Of a DNA stretch of 53,914 bases, positions 19,101-27,670 are shown piece by piece; within the stretch, counting starts at the first letter, position 1; every line of letters begins with the position of its first letter. The notes below the pieces were generated by a model. That model saw nothing but the letters and a program-made list of their open reading frames with translations. It made no database searches and was not told where the DNA came from. The position numbers were made by a program, and so were the translations under genes. Origin of the DNA: a virus (Duplodnaviria > Caudoviricetes); IMG/VR virus record IMGVR_UViG_3300036791_001299, positions 1 through 53,914 of that record; one strand, written 5' to 3'.

Positions 19101-20074
19101 TTCGCCTCCTCAAAGAAAACACCAGTGCCCTTCATTTGTTTGAGGTGCGCGATCTCCTCATCAAACTCCGGAGGAGCTACCAATAGGCCCATGGGTTTTT
19201 GGATCCACTCTTCTACCCAGCTCATTTTCGTCTGGTCTTTAAGAACCGTGAGCAATTTATCCAAAATATCGCCCATGGTCTTGTCGAGCTTCATGGCCGC
19301 CAGATTGGCATCGTCAATGGCCTGTGCGAAGCCATCTTCGGGCTTGTGTTCCAGTTTGGCGATGGAGTTCTCCAGTTTGTCGTTCACCACCTGTTGCTCA
19401 AGAATGGTGATCTCGATCTCCTCGTTCATCTGGCGGAAGGCGAGCCTTGCCCTCAAGGCTGCCTGCTCCATATCCCTCAATTCCTTTTGCAGCTTCATCA
19501 CGCCTTCAACCACGCGCCCGATGACTTCCAGGATGCCGACAACGGCAACCGCACTAAACGCGGCGCTCATGGCCGCGCCGACACCCGGCAATTCTGCAAG
19601 GAAACCACGGAGCTGCCGTGGTATATGGACACCGAATTCCATGCCCAGCAAGGCCATGGCGTTTTTGGCGTCCTTGGCCTGGGCCGCGACTTCCGCAAGG
19701 TTTCCGCCCGCGCGCTCCTTCTCCTTCCGGATCATCTCCTCCATGGCAACGTTGACCCGTTTGATGGCCTCTTCGTTGCCTTTGTACTTCTGGGTGAGAA
19801 ACTCCTGCCGCGCGATCAGCCGGTCGACCGGACTTCTGGCGTAGGCCGCCGCTTCGCGCTCCAGATTTTTCAGGTTGCGCTCGGTATTCTGTTCCTGCCG
19901 GTTGTTCAGCGCCGTGATGGACTTCGAGAAATCGTCGACCGCTTTCTCCGCGACCTTGAAGTCAGTAACGACCCCTTTCGACATGTCCTCGAAGACTTTC
20001 TCGACCTTCCGCACTTGCTCCAGGACGGAGCGCTCGTTGATCCTGATGTCGATGTCGATGCCGGACGGCGTCAT
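16157..20074 (-). CDS. Tape measure protein
   Basis: ~1305 aa, helical/coiled-coil, Gly-rich C-terminal part, canonical position. Confidence 0.85.
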   Translation of the reverse strand: MTPSGIDIDIRINERSVLEQVRKVEKVFEDMSKGVVTDFKVAEKAVDDFSKSITALNNRQEQNTERNLKNLEREAAAYARSPVDRLIARQEFLTQKYKGNEEAIKRVNVAMEEMIRKEKERAGGNLAEVAAQAKDAKNAMALLGMEFGVHIPRQLRGFLAELPGVGAAMSAAFSAVAVVGILEVIGRVVEGVMKLQKELRDMEQAALRARLAFRQMNEEIEITILEQQVVNDKLENSIAKLEHKPEDGFAQAIDDANLAAMKLDKTMGDILDKLLTVLKDQTKMSWVEEWIQKPMGLLVAPPEFDEEIAHLKQMKGTGVFFEEAKQRVIDQREAEAHNLAFWRAAQLGDPFEGKTGEEMTGFWRRAKGPRTGMPGDVTDTRGMTLPPGITPIHGEIIRQQDIDARYAEIEYIEKSTDLQTKITKGSKDQAKNDILNAQKAGLKDLNEALAYTNRLREELAKAQEKELYGMDKINAAHTERIRLLREEEKEHPAILRNHRQNIAIIDQIQAANIEAFNQKQAQMRAATRDETQRSRDESAIRSSYAIFQAKRKAAGEEYSEVDIQAEYRNQVVLATMAYRDEMGRIEEMKKAKMDAATIEEAQAKAQRELERRIAEDRTKATTEQSALEAKRDDQAKNAAQAAKDRERQLDQAVFSEGRRRKRDMLHRQIEMLQAEGLKSGRPGTLAGIEGLRIQEAGMGRAETQQQLAEQKILVEETYRVSKQQTADKEKRAIDLNKLEIEGVKAQGEYQRQIDDAHWDSTVKLMEMQKQQTEEIAKTLEPLFETLFTHPGKFGSQLGQTVRQATMRPIIGGLSETAAQLMRPTIFGAEGTGGIAGMLHGMFGGFHGKLADVKLTSEGSVPVHVTGVSAGGAGGVGGGGGGPLSAFAPHLFGGGGGGALATLFGSGGGTIGGGVLRSGISLPTGLLYGGGGGGATAPAESGTGYYGAGSIFPGFGTASIASPGGGGSMGYSGGGGGGGLIGGILRGFGQPAGGGGGLIGGILRGFGRPAGGGGGGGGGGMIGADGLPVSPVKLPPGLVELATGGKLAGALTSKAAGQAELSTGLMLGMAGLAGQRRGTAGGFFESMGGGALTGAGIGTMIMPGVGTAIGAGIGAAAGALAGGLEVLTGAESPRHEAIRLVQQVYGIHIDNGVADQIVAMAKQSYAGHVSLAVRSPEVRHMLGLYAAGTGQGSLFKQSANEAHGASLVESGGRMYQQATYQYGQGYSYSSNLPVYGGASTTQLANPGGNMPLSLSLNVGGQDAARFMTGQVVTPDVVSTQYANAMYASNGRVNQALMLNEPGTISG

Positions 20075-20085
20075 AGCTTTTCTCT

Positions 20086-20562
20086 TTAGGCGACCATACC
20101 AGTCTGAGTAACCTGAAGCGGCGACCGCCGCATCAGCTCCTCCCGCATTCTCCCGTAGATCGCCTCCTGGTCGGTCGGCGAGAGTCCCCACATGTGATCC
20201 AGCCGGTTACGGCTGTACATGATGATGTAGGCCTCGCGGGAAATGGGGCCGATGGTGGCCACGTTCTCGCTCGCGGCTTTCACCTTCATCGACTGAATGG
20301 TGCGTCCGCGCAATGTCCAGTCGCGCACCGGGAAGCCGCTATAGCGGCGGTTGCCGCCGAGCGCGACGAAACGCCCGTGGCGCTTCTGCTCCGCGTATTT
20401 GGTGTCGAGCGGCTTGGCCGCGCTGTCTGTCGCGTCTGTCGCCGACTGGATGCGACGGATGATGTGGCTGAGACCGGCCTGCGCGATCCCCTGCATCTGC
20501 TCAGCCGTGAACGGCGACCACGTCACCCGCGCGCGCCGTATTTTTGTCTGAAAAAAAGGCAT
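20086..20562 (-). CDS. Virion morphogenesis / neck-like protein
   Basis: Basic 158-aa protein with RDWTLRGRTIQSM motif; tail-module position. Confidence 0.5.
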   Translation of the reverse strand: MPFFQTKIRRARVTWSPFTAEQMQGIAQAGLSHIIRRIQSATDATDSAAKPLDTKYAEQKRHGRFVALGGNRRYSGFPVRDWTLRGRTIQSMKVKAASENVATIGPISREAYIIMYSRNRLDHMWGLSPTDQEAIYGRMREELMRRSPLQVTQTGMVA

Positions 20563-21065
20563 CAGAAACTCCCTTGCTTACGCTGCATTTCCTTGATCCG
20601 CGCACGCTCCTCGTGCTCCTGCCGCTGCCGCTCCCGGGTCTCCTGCTCCCACTTCCCGCGTTCCTGCTCGAGCACCTTCAAGCCTTCGCGGATCTCGACG
20701 CTGACATCGCCCGGGTCCATCCGGTAATGTTTGCAATCGAAGTCGTGCTCGAGGATGCGGTCGAGGAGCTGGCCGGTGGTGGTCGAGCGCCGCCGGTATT
20801 CGATCTCGGTCACCGCGCAGGCTTCGCAGCGCTCCGCTACCGATGCCCACTGGCCGCAGGAGGGGCACGCACCCGGCATGTTGACATCGCCCGAATCCGG
20901 CTGCCAGCGGGTCTCGCACGCTATGCAGCGTACTTGAGTGGTCAGGGGACAACTGCTCGCGCCCGCTTCCTCGCCATGACAGAGTTCGTCGGCGCGAAGC
21001 AGACGGAAGATGAGAAGCCGGAGCGGTAGGGGAAACGGCCAGACGTCCGGCTCTATCCGTTTGGG
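20562..21065 (-). CDS. Tail assembly chaperone, -1 frameshift extension (gpT-like, Cys-rich)
   Basis: Frame is open from the slippery site CCCAAAC through ORF 20562..20879. Confidence 0.7.
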   Translation of the reverse strand, partial: PKRIEPDVWPFPLPLRLLIFRLLRADELCHGEEAGASSCPLTTQVRCIACETRWQPDSGDVNMPGACPSCGQWASVAERCEACAVTEIEYRRRSTTTGQLLDRILEHDFDCKHYRMDPGDVSVEIREGLKVLEQERGKWEQETRERQRQEHEERARIKEMQRKQGSF

Positions 21066-21757
21066 TCGAGCTGCGGGTCGAGATCATAGAGCGCGCCAGA
21101 AACCTCGGCAGCCACGCTGCGCTTGTGGTGCGGCGGGATCTTGCCCAGGAAGGCCTTCAGCTCCACGCCTTCGATCACATGCCGGTTGCCGTTCACGGTC
21201 CCGGCGGGCACGTTAAAGCTCGGCGCATATCCGTCCACCGACACGACGATGGCATCGTACAACGCGGTGGGAACTTCCGGCGGATAGCGTTGTTCCTCGG
21301 CACCATGACGCAAGCCCCGGGACTTGATCACGTTATCGCGGTACGCCTGGATCTCGCGCGTGATGGGCATACGGCAGCGGTGAATCGTCCTGCCCCAAAG
21401 CGTCTTCAGCGCGACCACAAACTCGTCGGCATCGCGGTCGCAGGAAACCGTATTGTGCTTGAGCACGATGTTAAGCGCATAGGTGACCTCGGCTTCGTCG
21501 AATTCCGTACCCGACTTGTCGAGCCGGATGGCGTCAAACAGCTTGCGCTCCGCCTCGTGGTTGGGCACATTCTGGTCTTCGGTCTGGCCGCGTCCGGTGC
21601 GGTATAACAGCGTGCGGATACTGCCGGTGTAGGCGGCGATCTCTTCGGACGTCGGCAGCCGCAGTGCCGCCACTTTGTGCGGATTCGGGATGGCGATGGG
21701 AATCGCCGGGATGCTGTTGCCGTCAGCCGTTTCGATGGATGGTAGTTCTCCGTACAC
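21053..21757 (-). CDS. Tail assembly chaperone (gpG-like)
   Basis: Follows the tail tube; GTG start with AAGGAG RBS; ends DPNG* over C CCA AAC slippery heptamer (21059-21065). Confidence 0.75.
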   Translation of the reverse strand: MYGELPSIETADGNSIPAIPIAIPNPHKVAALRLPTSEEIAAYTGSIRTLLYRTGRGQTEDQNVPNHEAERKLFDAIRLDKSGTEFDEAEVTYALNIVLKHNTVSCDRDADEFVVALKTLWGRTIHRCRMPITREIQAYRDNVIKSRGLRHGAEEQRYPPEVPTALYDAIVVSVDGYAPSFNVPAGTVNGNRHVIEGVELKAFLGKIPPHHKRSVAAEVSGALYDLDPQLDPNG

Positions 21758-21767
21758 GTGGTTCTCC

Positions 21768-22910
21768 TTATTGATGCGGCTGCGGCGGCTGTTGCGGCGG
21801 ATGCGGTGGTGCCGGTGGCGTGTGCGGGGGAGTCGTAGGCTTGCCACTTTTGGCTTCCTTCGCCGCCTTGGCCTCTTTCGCGCCAGCGCTCAGCTGGCCA
21901 ATGCCCGCGATACCGCATTGCGCAGTCACGATCAGCGGACCGCCTTGCACCGGGTCAAGTTTGGTGGCGACCGTCACCGTAACGCTCACGATGCCGTCCT
22001 GCTCGCCGTTGACCACCGTCTCATACTGGATCGACGGATAGTTAAACGTCACCGTATGGGTGGCGTCAAAGGTGGCGGTCAGCGAGGCCTTCGCCGTGCC
22101 CGCAGGAGGCGGAGTAATCAGCATCTGATACTCTTGCGAGCTTTTCAGCAGACGTGCCGTGAAAGTGAACGTCGAGGCGCGCGCGCCCATCTCGAGACGA
22201 CCGCGAATGGCCGCGCCGTTCTGCATGCCACTGCCCGGGAAAAAGCCGGGGCCCACCAGCAGATTATTTTTCCAGCCGATGGTGCCGGACAGAATAGTGG
22301 CCGCGGCAACGTAGTCGACACCGTTGATCGTCAGCGCCATACTGGCCGATAACAGATAGTGCTCGGACACCGGCGCAGGGACTGTGACACCGGAGGGTGT
22401 GACCATCTTGCCGCTGCCCACCCAGTTGACGGTCATGCTCCCGGACTGACGGCCAGGGCCGTAGTTGAAGGTGTACTCGACATCTTCAATGGCGCATCCC
22501 ACAAACTCGTTATCCAGAGCGGTCGCACCGGCTTCGCACACCTGCTCGACCACCGAGAAATACGGCAACTCGAGACCATCGGTGCAGGGGTCGATAGGCT
22601 TGATCGTGTACGTCCCGGCGGCTTCCGTCACTTTGCCCAAAGCGAAGGCGAACGCCCAGGTGGCGAATTCCGCCGAGGCATATTTGTCGATGCGCGCCAG
22701 CGGGTTGTAGCTCACCGGGTAGACGCCATCCACCGAGATAAATTCAGTCCCCTTGCCGATCTCCGCCGCGTCGTTCTCGGTCATGAATCCGGACGGTGCC
22801 AGCTCGGGGTTATTCTGCCGGAAGCGCAAAAACGTCTGAGAGGGCGTGTGGATATCCGCCTGCGCGTCCTGCCCCAGGCCGAGGATCTTATTCTGTATAC
22901 GAGCGGCCAC
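21768..22910 (-). CDS. Major tail (tube) protein with Pro/Gln/Lys-rich C-terminal extension
   Basis: 380 aa beta-rich protein upstream of the chaperone and tape measure genes. Confidence 0.7.
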   Translation of the reverse strand: MAARIQNKILGLGQDAQADIHTPSQTFLRFRQNNPELAPSGFMTENDAAEIGKGTEFISVDGVYPVSYNPLARIDKYASAEFATWAFAFALGKVTEAAGTYTIKPIDPCTDGLELPYFSVVEQVCEAGATALDNEFVGCAIEDVEYTFNYGPGRQSGSMTVNWVGSGKMVTPSGVTVPAPVSEHYLLSASMALTINGVDYVAAATILSGTIGWKNNLLVGPGFFPGSGMQNGAAIRGRLEMGARASTFTFTARLLKSSQEYQMLITPPPAGTAKASLTATFDATHTVTFNYPSIQYETVVNGEQDGIVSVTVTVATKLDPVQGGPLIVTAQCGIAGIGQLSAGAKEAKAAKEAKSGKPTTPPHTPPAPPHPPQQPPQPHQ

Positions 22911-23442
22911 TTTTTAGTCCCCCTTCTTTTCCCGGTCCGATACACATGAAGTTAACGCCGTCGGGACCGGCGTCACCCATCTCGTCAAACAAAAGCAATA
23001 GCGACCAGAAATCCTGGCCCAGTTCATCGTTGGCGCGCGGCTCGGTCAGCGAAAACAGCCACAGATTGTGGTTGCAGAGATCCACATAGCGGATGTTGGG
23101 CGCTGTCTCCGGCACCGTGATCGGATAATTGACCGCCATTGCCAGCAGATCCGGCGCACTCAACGCGCCGCCGTTAACCTTCGCATTCCTGGCGCGCACA
23201 TATAACGCCACGCGATGCTTCCACATCGTCTGCCCGTCGAAGTTGCCCATCATGATGTCGTTGTAGGCGATCAGCATGCTCGGCTCGCGCATCTGGCCAA
23301 GCGCGCGCATGAGGGAATTTTCTTCGCCGGAATAGGAGTAATGCGCGGTGATGAACTGGCTGCCGCCCAGTTCAGCCGTCAACTGAGGGATGGACTGCAG
23401 CGATGCGAGCACCGCGTTGAGGACTGTGGTCGAAGTGAGCAT
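22888..23442 (-). CDS. Putative tail terminator / head-tail completion protein
   Basis: Position and size. Confidence 0.5.
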   Translation of the reverse strand: MLTSTTVLNAVLASLQSIPQLTAELGGSQFITAHYSYSGEENSLMRALGQMREPSMLIAYNDIMMGNFDGQTMWKHRVALYVRARNAKVNGGALSAPDLLAMAVNYPITVPETAPNIRYVDLCNHNLWLFSLTEPRANDELGQDFWSLLLLFDEMGDAGPDGVNFMCIGPGKEGGLKSGRSYTE

Positions 23443-23451
23443 TTTGGGCCA

Positions 23452-23796
23452 CTACGAAAGCGCTCTTAACCGGATGTGCAGACCGCCGCACCGGTCGCCG
23501 TCCGACTGCACGACGTTGTACACGACACCGTTGTAACTCGCGGTGTCGCCGCGCACCGCCATAACGCCAGCTGACGCCGGAATGAAGAGCATCAGCATGG
23601 CCGTACCCGTCAGGCTGCCGGGTACATAATCCTCTTCCATCGCCGGATTCTTCACGACACAGGAAACCGGGATGTCCGGATCCCCGTTGGTGGGATGGAG
23701 AATCAGCTGAAGAGTTCCCGCGTCTGGGTCAACTTTTTGAAACGTGGAAACGACGATATTGTCCATCTGGCCGACCAGGGAATCGAAGTCCATCAC
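23452..23796 (-). CDS. Head-tail joining protein (gpFII-like)
   Basis: RGDTASYNGVVYNVVQSDGDRCGGLHIRLR pattern; position. Confidence 0.6.
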   Translation of the reverse strand: MMDFDSLVGQMDNIVVSTFQKVDPDAGTLQLILHPTNGDPDIPVSCVVKNPAMEEDYVPGSLTGTAMLMLFIPASAGVMAVRGDTASYNGVVYNVVQSDGDRCGGLHIRLRALS

Positions 23797-24185
23797 TTCC
23801 TCCCCGGCGGCTTTTGCCGGAACCCGCGTACCGTCTCTTCGACCGGCACATCCACCTGCGGCAGATCCGCGACAATCCGCGATGCCACCGGAACAACCGG
23901 CTCGACCAGCGGCTCGACGGCAAGAGCCGCAGTGGCTTCGCGTGCTTTCTGCTCGCGAAGATACTGGCGTGTATTGGGCAACGGCTCGACCGGCTCCAGA
24001 CGCCGCATTTCGTAAAACTGGCGCAAGCGTTCACGGCGAATCTGCAGGGGAAACACCTCCGGGTTAATCGTCTGGCCGACCGGAATCGTGACCTCGCCGA
24101 GCACCAATGGACGCAGCGCTACCTTGAGCGCCGGAATGCCGGTGCGGGTGAGATCACGCCATGGAGTCAGCTCGCGAAACAACAT
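23793..24185 (-). CDS. Hypothetical head-module protein
   Basis: Likely start MLFREL at 24185; packed in the operon. Confidence 0.5.
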   Translation of the reverse strand: MLFRELTPWRDLTRTGIPALKVALRPLVLGEVTIPVGQTINPEVFPLQIRRERLRQFYEMRRLEPVEPLPNTRQYLREQKAREATAALAVEPLVEPVVPVASRIVADLPQVDVPVEETVRGFRQKPPGRK

Positions 24186-24189
24186 GGGT

Positions 24190-24480
24190 TTACCGGGGCT
24201 TGGGCTTTTCCACCGCAGCAGGGTTATGATGCTCGCCGGTGTGGGTCTGGGACGCAGTATGCTGCTCACTGCGCGCCGCCTTATCAACTCCGGCGATAAA
24301 CTCCTCGCACACCGCGCGGATTTCAGGCGCGCGAAAGTCATTCCGCAGATAGTAGGAGACCGCTTCGCGGATAATCTGGTCCTTCTCCGACTGCGACTTT
24401 TCCGGCTTTTTCTCTTCGGGTTGGGTGTGCTGTACCGGTTCGTCCTTGGGCATTTTCTTTTTCCTCTTCGTCGTCGCCAT
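24190..24480 (-). CDS. Hypothetical charged protein
   Basis: TAATG coupling to the capsid gene stop. Confidence 0.5.
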   Translation of the reverse strand: MATTKRKKKMPKDEPVQHTQPEEKKPEKSQSEKDQIIREAVSYYLRNDFRAPEIRAVCEEFIAGVDKAARSEQHTASQTHTGEHHNPAAVEKPKPR

Positions 24481-25559
24481 TAAATGCAGTTGGTGAGAAA
24501 CCCGCCCATGTCGGCGCTGACCACTTTATGGACGTAAGCCGACTCAATTTCCACATGCGTCGAGCGATCCTGCTGCAGGTAGTAGCTCGAGATCCGTTCG
24601 CCCGCCGGAGTCGCGCCGAAGTACCCGTTCCAGGTGAAGGTATAGCCGCATGCGGCAGTCATGATGCCGGGCGCGGGAGGCGTGTAGCCGATCCAGACAT
24701 TGGGTCCGGCGACAAACTGGTTAGCTTCACCGGCGTTCACGCCGACGTTGTAGCCGGGCGGAACGTAAGTGGCACCACTGTCTGGACCGGCCAGCTCGGG
24801 GGCGCTATTGTAAATCGCGTCGGAGACAAACACTTTGTCCATCTCGAAAATCGCGGCCAGCGTATCGAGGATGACCTGCGCGGGACGCGGCGCGGTCTGG
24901 CCGTATTTCACGCGGTCGACGAATTCCGGATGGTCGAGCAACACGTCGAAAACAGGGCGTCCGATCACCATGCGGTTGGCGCGGTAGGTGCTCGTGAGCT
25001 GCACGATCTGTTTCAGCTTGCGCACGTCCTGGATGGGCGTCGAGGCGGCGTTTGACCAGAGCATGAAGTTGTAACTCGATGCGCTGGACGGAGGCGGTGC
25101 TGTCGGATACGCGGGGCTGGCCGCAGCCGCGCCGGTCCACAGATTGGTCCACACGCCCGGCTGGAAGAAGGTGGTCATCCAGGCCATCTCGCGGTTGATC
25201 AGCGATTGCATGGTCAACAGGCGCGTGGCTTCGAGGTCGAGATTGAAGATCGAGTCGGCGTTGCCGCGGGTCTGATCGTCAATGGGTTTGCCGAGGGCCC
25301 AGACATCGCACAGATACGAGGCATTCGTGTCGGTGCGGTAGCCGATGTTTTTTACCATCGTCCCGGGCGCGCGCTTCTGCATCTGGTTGCGGTTGAAATC
25401 GGCGCGCGAATAGGTGAGATACCGGTCGGAGATCTTGGGGACCGGCACGATGGGGAACACATCCCGCGCGATGAAGTTGGTCTGGTCCTGCGAAAACATG
25501 ACGCTCATGTCGGTGAGTAGCGCGTTTACGTGGACGTCGGATAGTGTCGGCTGAGCCAT
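24480..25559 (-). CDS. Major capsid protein
   Basis: 359 aa; LTDMSV...FIARDVFPIVPV N-terminus; follows the protease and decoration genes. Confidence 0.88.
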   Translation of the reverse strand: MAQPTLSDVHVNALLTDMSVMFSQDQTNFIARDVFPIVPVPKISDRYLTYSRADFNRNQMQKRAPGTMVKNIGYRTDTNASYLCDVWALGKPIDDQTRGNADSIFNLDLEATRLLTMQSLINREMAWMTTFFQPGVWTNLWTGAAAASPAYPTAPPPSSASSYNFMLWSNAASTPIQDVRKLKQIVQLTSTYRANRMVIGRPVFDVLLDHPEFVDRVKYGQTAPRPAQVILDTLAAIFEMDKVFVSDAIYNSAPELAGPDSGATYVPPGYNVGVNAGEANQFVAGPNVWIGYTPPAPGIMTAACGYTFTWNGYFGATPAGERISSYYLQQDRSTHVEIESAYVHKVVSADMGGFLTNCI

Positions 25560-25579
25560 GGTCTTTTCCTCTCTTTTTC

Positions 25580-25978
25580 CTACATAGCCGCGTTATTCGG
25601 CAGGAGCCGCGCGCTGATGATGCCAATTGCCGCAGTGGATGCAAGCGGCTCGAGCGCCTGCGCCACCGCCGTGCCCGCCGCATGCGGAATAAACGTGCCG
25701 CCCACATCCAGGTCGAGCAATGCGCCCGCAGCCACTGCAGTACTGGCCGTAACCGCAATCTTGGTGGTGCCGTTGGTCTGAATGCAGGCCGCCTGCCCCG
25801 GCAGCGGGTTATTCTGCAGCACGCCGGTGATGGCCTTGCCCGCTCCGCCGAGCGCCACATGCACGCCGGGAGGAGTCGCCGCGTCGGCCACCAGCGACAC
25901 GCCGTAGAACAGCTTGCCCGACATATCCGAACCGGCGGGGTAGGAAATCGTGTTAAAAAGGCCTTCGTTGTACGCCAT
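25580..25978 (-). CDS. Capsid decoration/cement protein (DUF2190-like)
   Basis: Small Ala/Gly-rich protein with GVLQN motif between protease and capsid. Confidence 0.75.
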   Translation of the reverse strand: MAYNEGLFNTISYPAGSDMSGKLFYGVSLVADAATPPGVHVALGGAGKAITGVLQNNPLPGQAACIQTNGTTKIAVTASTAVAAGALLDLDVGGTFIPHAAGTAVAQALEPLASTAAIGIISARLLPNNAAM

Positions 25979-25990
25979 GGTTTCTCTCCT

Positions 25991-26629
25991 TTACATCGCC
26001 CTGGTGCGGACTACATCTTCAATCGCGGTGCTCAGGCCGAGCTGCATCATGTAGCGCCGCTGATGAGTGAGCACGTATTCGGTCAACATCGCGCCGCGGC
26101 CACTGGGACAGGCGGCGATCACCCGGTCGCGCTCATCCATGTAGGACTCGTAAATCTGCGGGTTATCGAGCAGCACCCGCTCGAGCGCCTGATAGCGGGT
26201 AAGCGAGTTGTTTGATCCGGCGCGCAGTGCATGTGCCTGCCGGATGGCCTGCTCGACGGAAACCTGTCCCTGCGCGGTGCTCTCACCGCTCAGGAAGGAT
26301 CCGACCGGACCGGGCTGCTCCGAGGCTTTCGCCCGGCGCTCGTTCAACTTCGTCATGACTTCGTCTTCGGTGAGACCGGCGGCTATGTATTCGCCGACCA
26401 ATTCCCGGCAACCAGCGAGCTGGCAAAGCTCATCGATACGCTTTGCAACGTCATTCGGTCTCGACACCTGCGTCACTCCTTTGGCTTTTGACTTCGACTT
26501 GGACTTGGCTTCTTCTTCATCCTCGTCATCGTCGTCATCGTCCTCACCCGGCTTTTTCGCGTCATCGTCGTCCAGGTCCTCATCGTCCTGTTTCTTCTTC
26601 GACTCTTCGGTTTCAGACTTCTTTGCCAT
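25991..26629 (-). CDS. Nested in-frame scaffolding protein (Nu3-like)
   Basis: Internal ATG (MAKKSET) preceded by AAAGGAG; acidic/charged sequence. Confidence 0.65.
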   Translation of the reverse strand: MAKKSETEESKKKQDDEDLDDDDAKKPGEDDDDDDEDEEEAKSKSKSKAKGVTQVSRPNDVAKRIDELCQLAGCRELVGEYIAAGLTEDEVMTKLNERRAKASEQPGPVGSFLSGESTAQGQVSVEQAIRQAHALRAGSNNSLTRYQALERVLLDNPQIYESYMDERDRVIAACPSGRGAMLTEYVLTHQRRYMMQLGLSTAIEDVVRTRAM

Positions 26630-27652
26630 GTCTTCAGCTCCTTTTTCGTCCGCAGTGTCCGCTAACGTCCCAGCATCTGGATGCTGTAATGCCGTAACGT
26701 CATGATGCTGTGCATTGAGTGCATTATTATCCATAACTCCCGGCAGTGCAAGAGTCTTGGATGTCAAGGTATTAATGCGCACAGTGAGTGCGGCCAGTGC
26801 ATCGTCGAAAGTGCCCACCTCATCCGCCAGCTTGTTGAGCGCGTTGGTGCCGAAGAATACCTCCGCTTCGGTGTTGCGGACGGCCTGTTTCGAGATGCCG
26901 CGGTTGCGCGCCACGCAGCCCACAAAGATCTCGTACTCGCGGTCGACTTCGGCCTGAATGTCGGCTTTGGCCGCCTTGCTCAACGGCTGATGCGGGTTGC
27001 CGTCAGTCTTTTTCTCACCCGCGAACACGTAGGTGTAGTTGACCCCGGTCTTTTCGTCGAGCACCGACTGATCCATGTGCAACGCGAAGACGCCGATGGA
27101 CCCGACGCCGCCGGTGCCGGTGACAAACACCCGGTCGGCGGCGCTGGCGAGCGCATAAGCCGCGCTGGCCGCCAGATCGTTGGCAATCGCCCAGACCGGC
27201 TTGCCGCTTTCAGTGCGCATGGTATAGAGCGCATCAGTCAATTCGAAACAGCCGTGGGTTGTACCGCCCGGCGAGTCGACGTCGAAGAGCACGGCTTTCA
27301 CGGCTGGATCTTCGATGGCTTGCCGCGCGGTCTTCGCCAGTCCCTGGTAAGTGGTCAGTCCGCTGGCGGAAGAGAGAAACGAAAACCGCTTCATCAGCGT
27401 GCCCCGGATGGGAATCACCGCGATACCCTCCGGCGTCAGCCGGTACGGTTTCTGATCGGGTTTCTGCGCATCGCCCGCCTGCGCGACAACCAGCCCTCCC
27501 GCGCGGGGAAACAATTCCTCGATGACGGCCTCATTGAGCATGAGGCGGGGTCCCAGAACGCGCAGAATAACGCCCAGCTTCTCGGGCAGAATGGCATGCG
27601 GCTGGTCGAAGATCATCTGCGCCAGATGCGGCCAGTGTAAGTGTTGCTCCAT
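25991..27652 (-). CDS. S49 family prohead protease (lambda gpC-like) with C-terminal scaffold
   Basis: DVDSPGG, AASAAYALASAA, GSIGV, KTDGNPH motifs. Confidence 0.92.
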   Translation of the reverse strand: MEQHLHWPHLAQMIFDQPHAILPEKLGVILRVLGPRLMLNEAVIEELFPRAGGLVVAQAGDAQKPDQKPYRLTPEGIAVIPIRGTLMKRFSFLSSASGLTTYQGLAKTARQAIEDPAVKAVLFDVDSPGGTTHGCFELTDALYTMRTESGKPVWAIANDLAASAAYALASAADRVFVTGTGGVGSIGVFALHMDQSVLDEKTGVNYTYVFAGEKKTDGNPHQPLSKAAKADIQAEVDREYEIFVGCVARNRGISKQAVRNTEAEVFFGTNALNKLADEVGTFDDALAALTVRINTLTSKTLALPGVMDNNALNAQHHDVTALQHPDAGTLADTADEKGAEDMAKKSETEESKKKQDDEDLDDDDAKKPGEDDDDDDEDEEEAKSKSKSKAKGVTQVSRPNDVAKRIDELCQLAGCRELVGEYIAAGLTEDEVMTKLNERRAKASEQPGPVGSFLSGESTAQGQVSVEQAIRQAHALRAGSNNSLTRYQALERVLLDNPQIYESYMDERDRVIAACPSGRGAMLTEYVLTHQRRYMMQLGLSTAIEDVVRTRAM

Positions 27653-27670
27653 TGCTTTTGCTTCCTTTCG

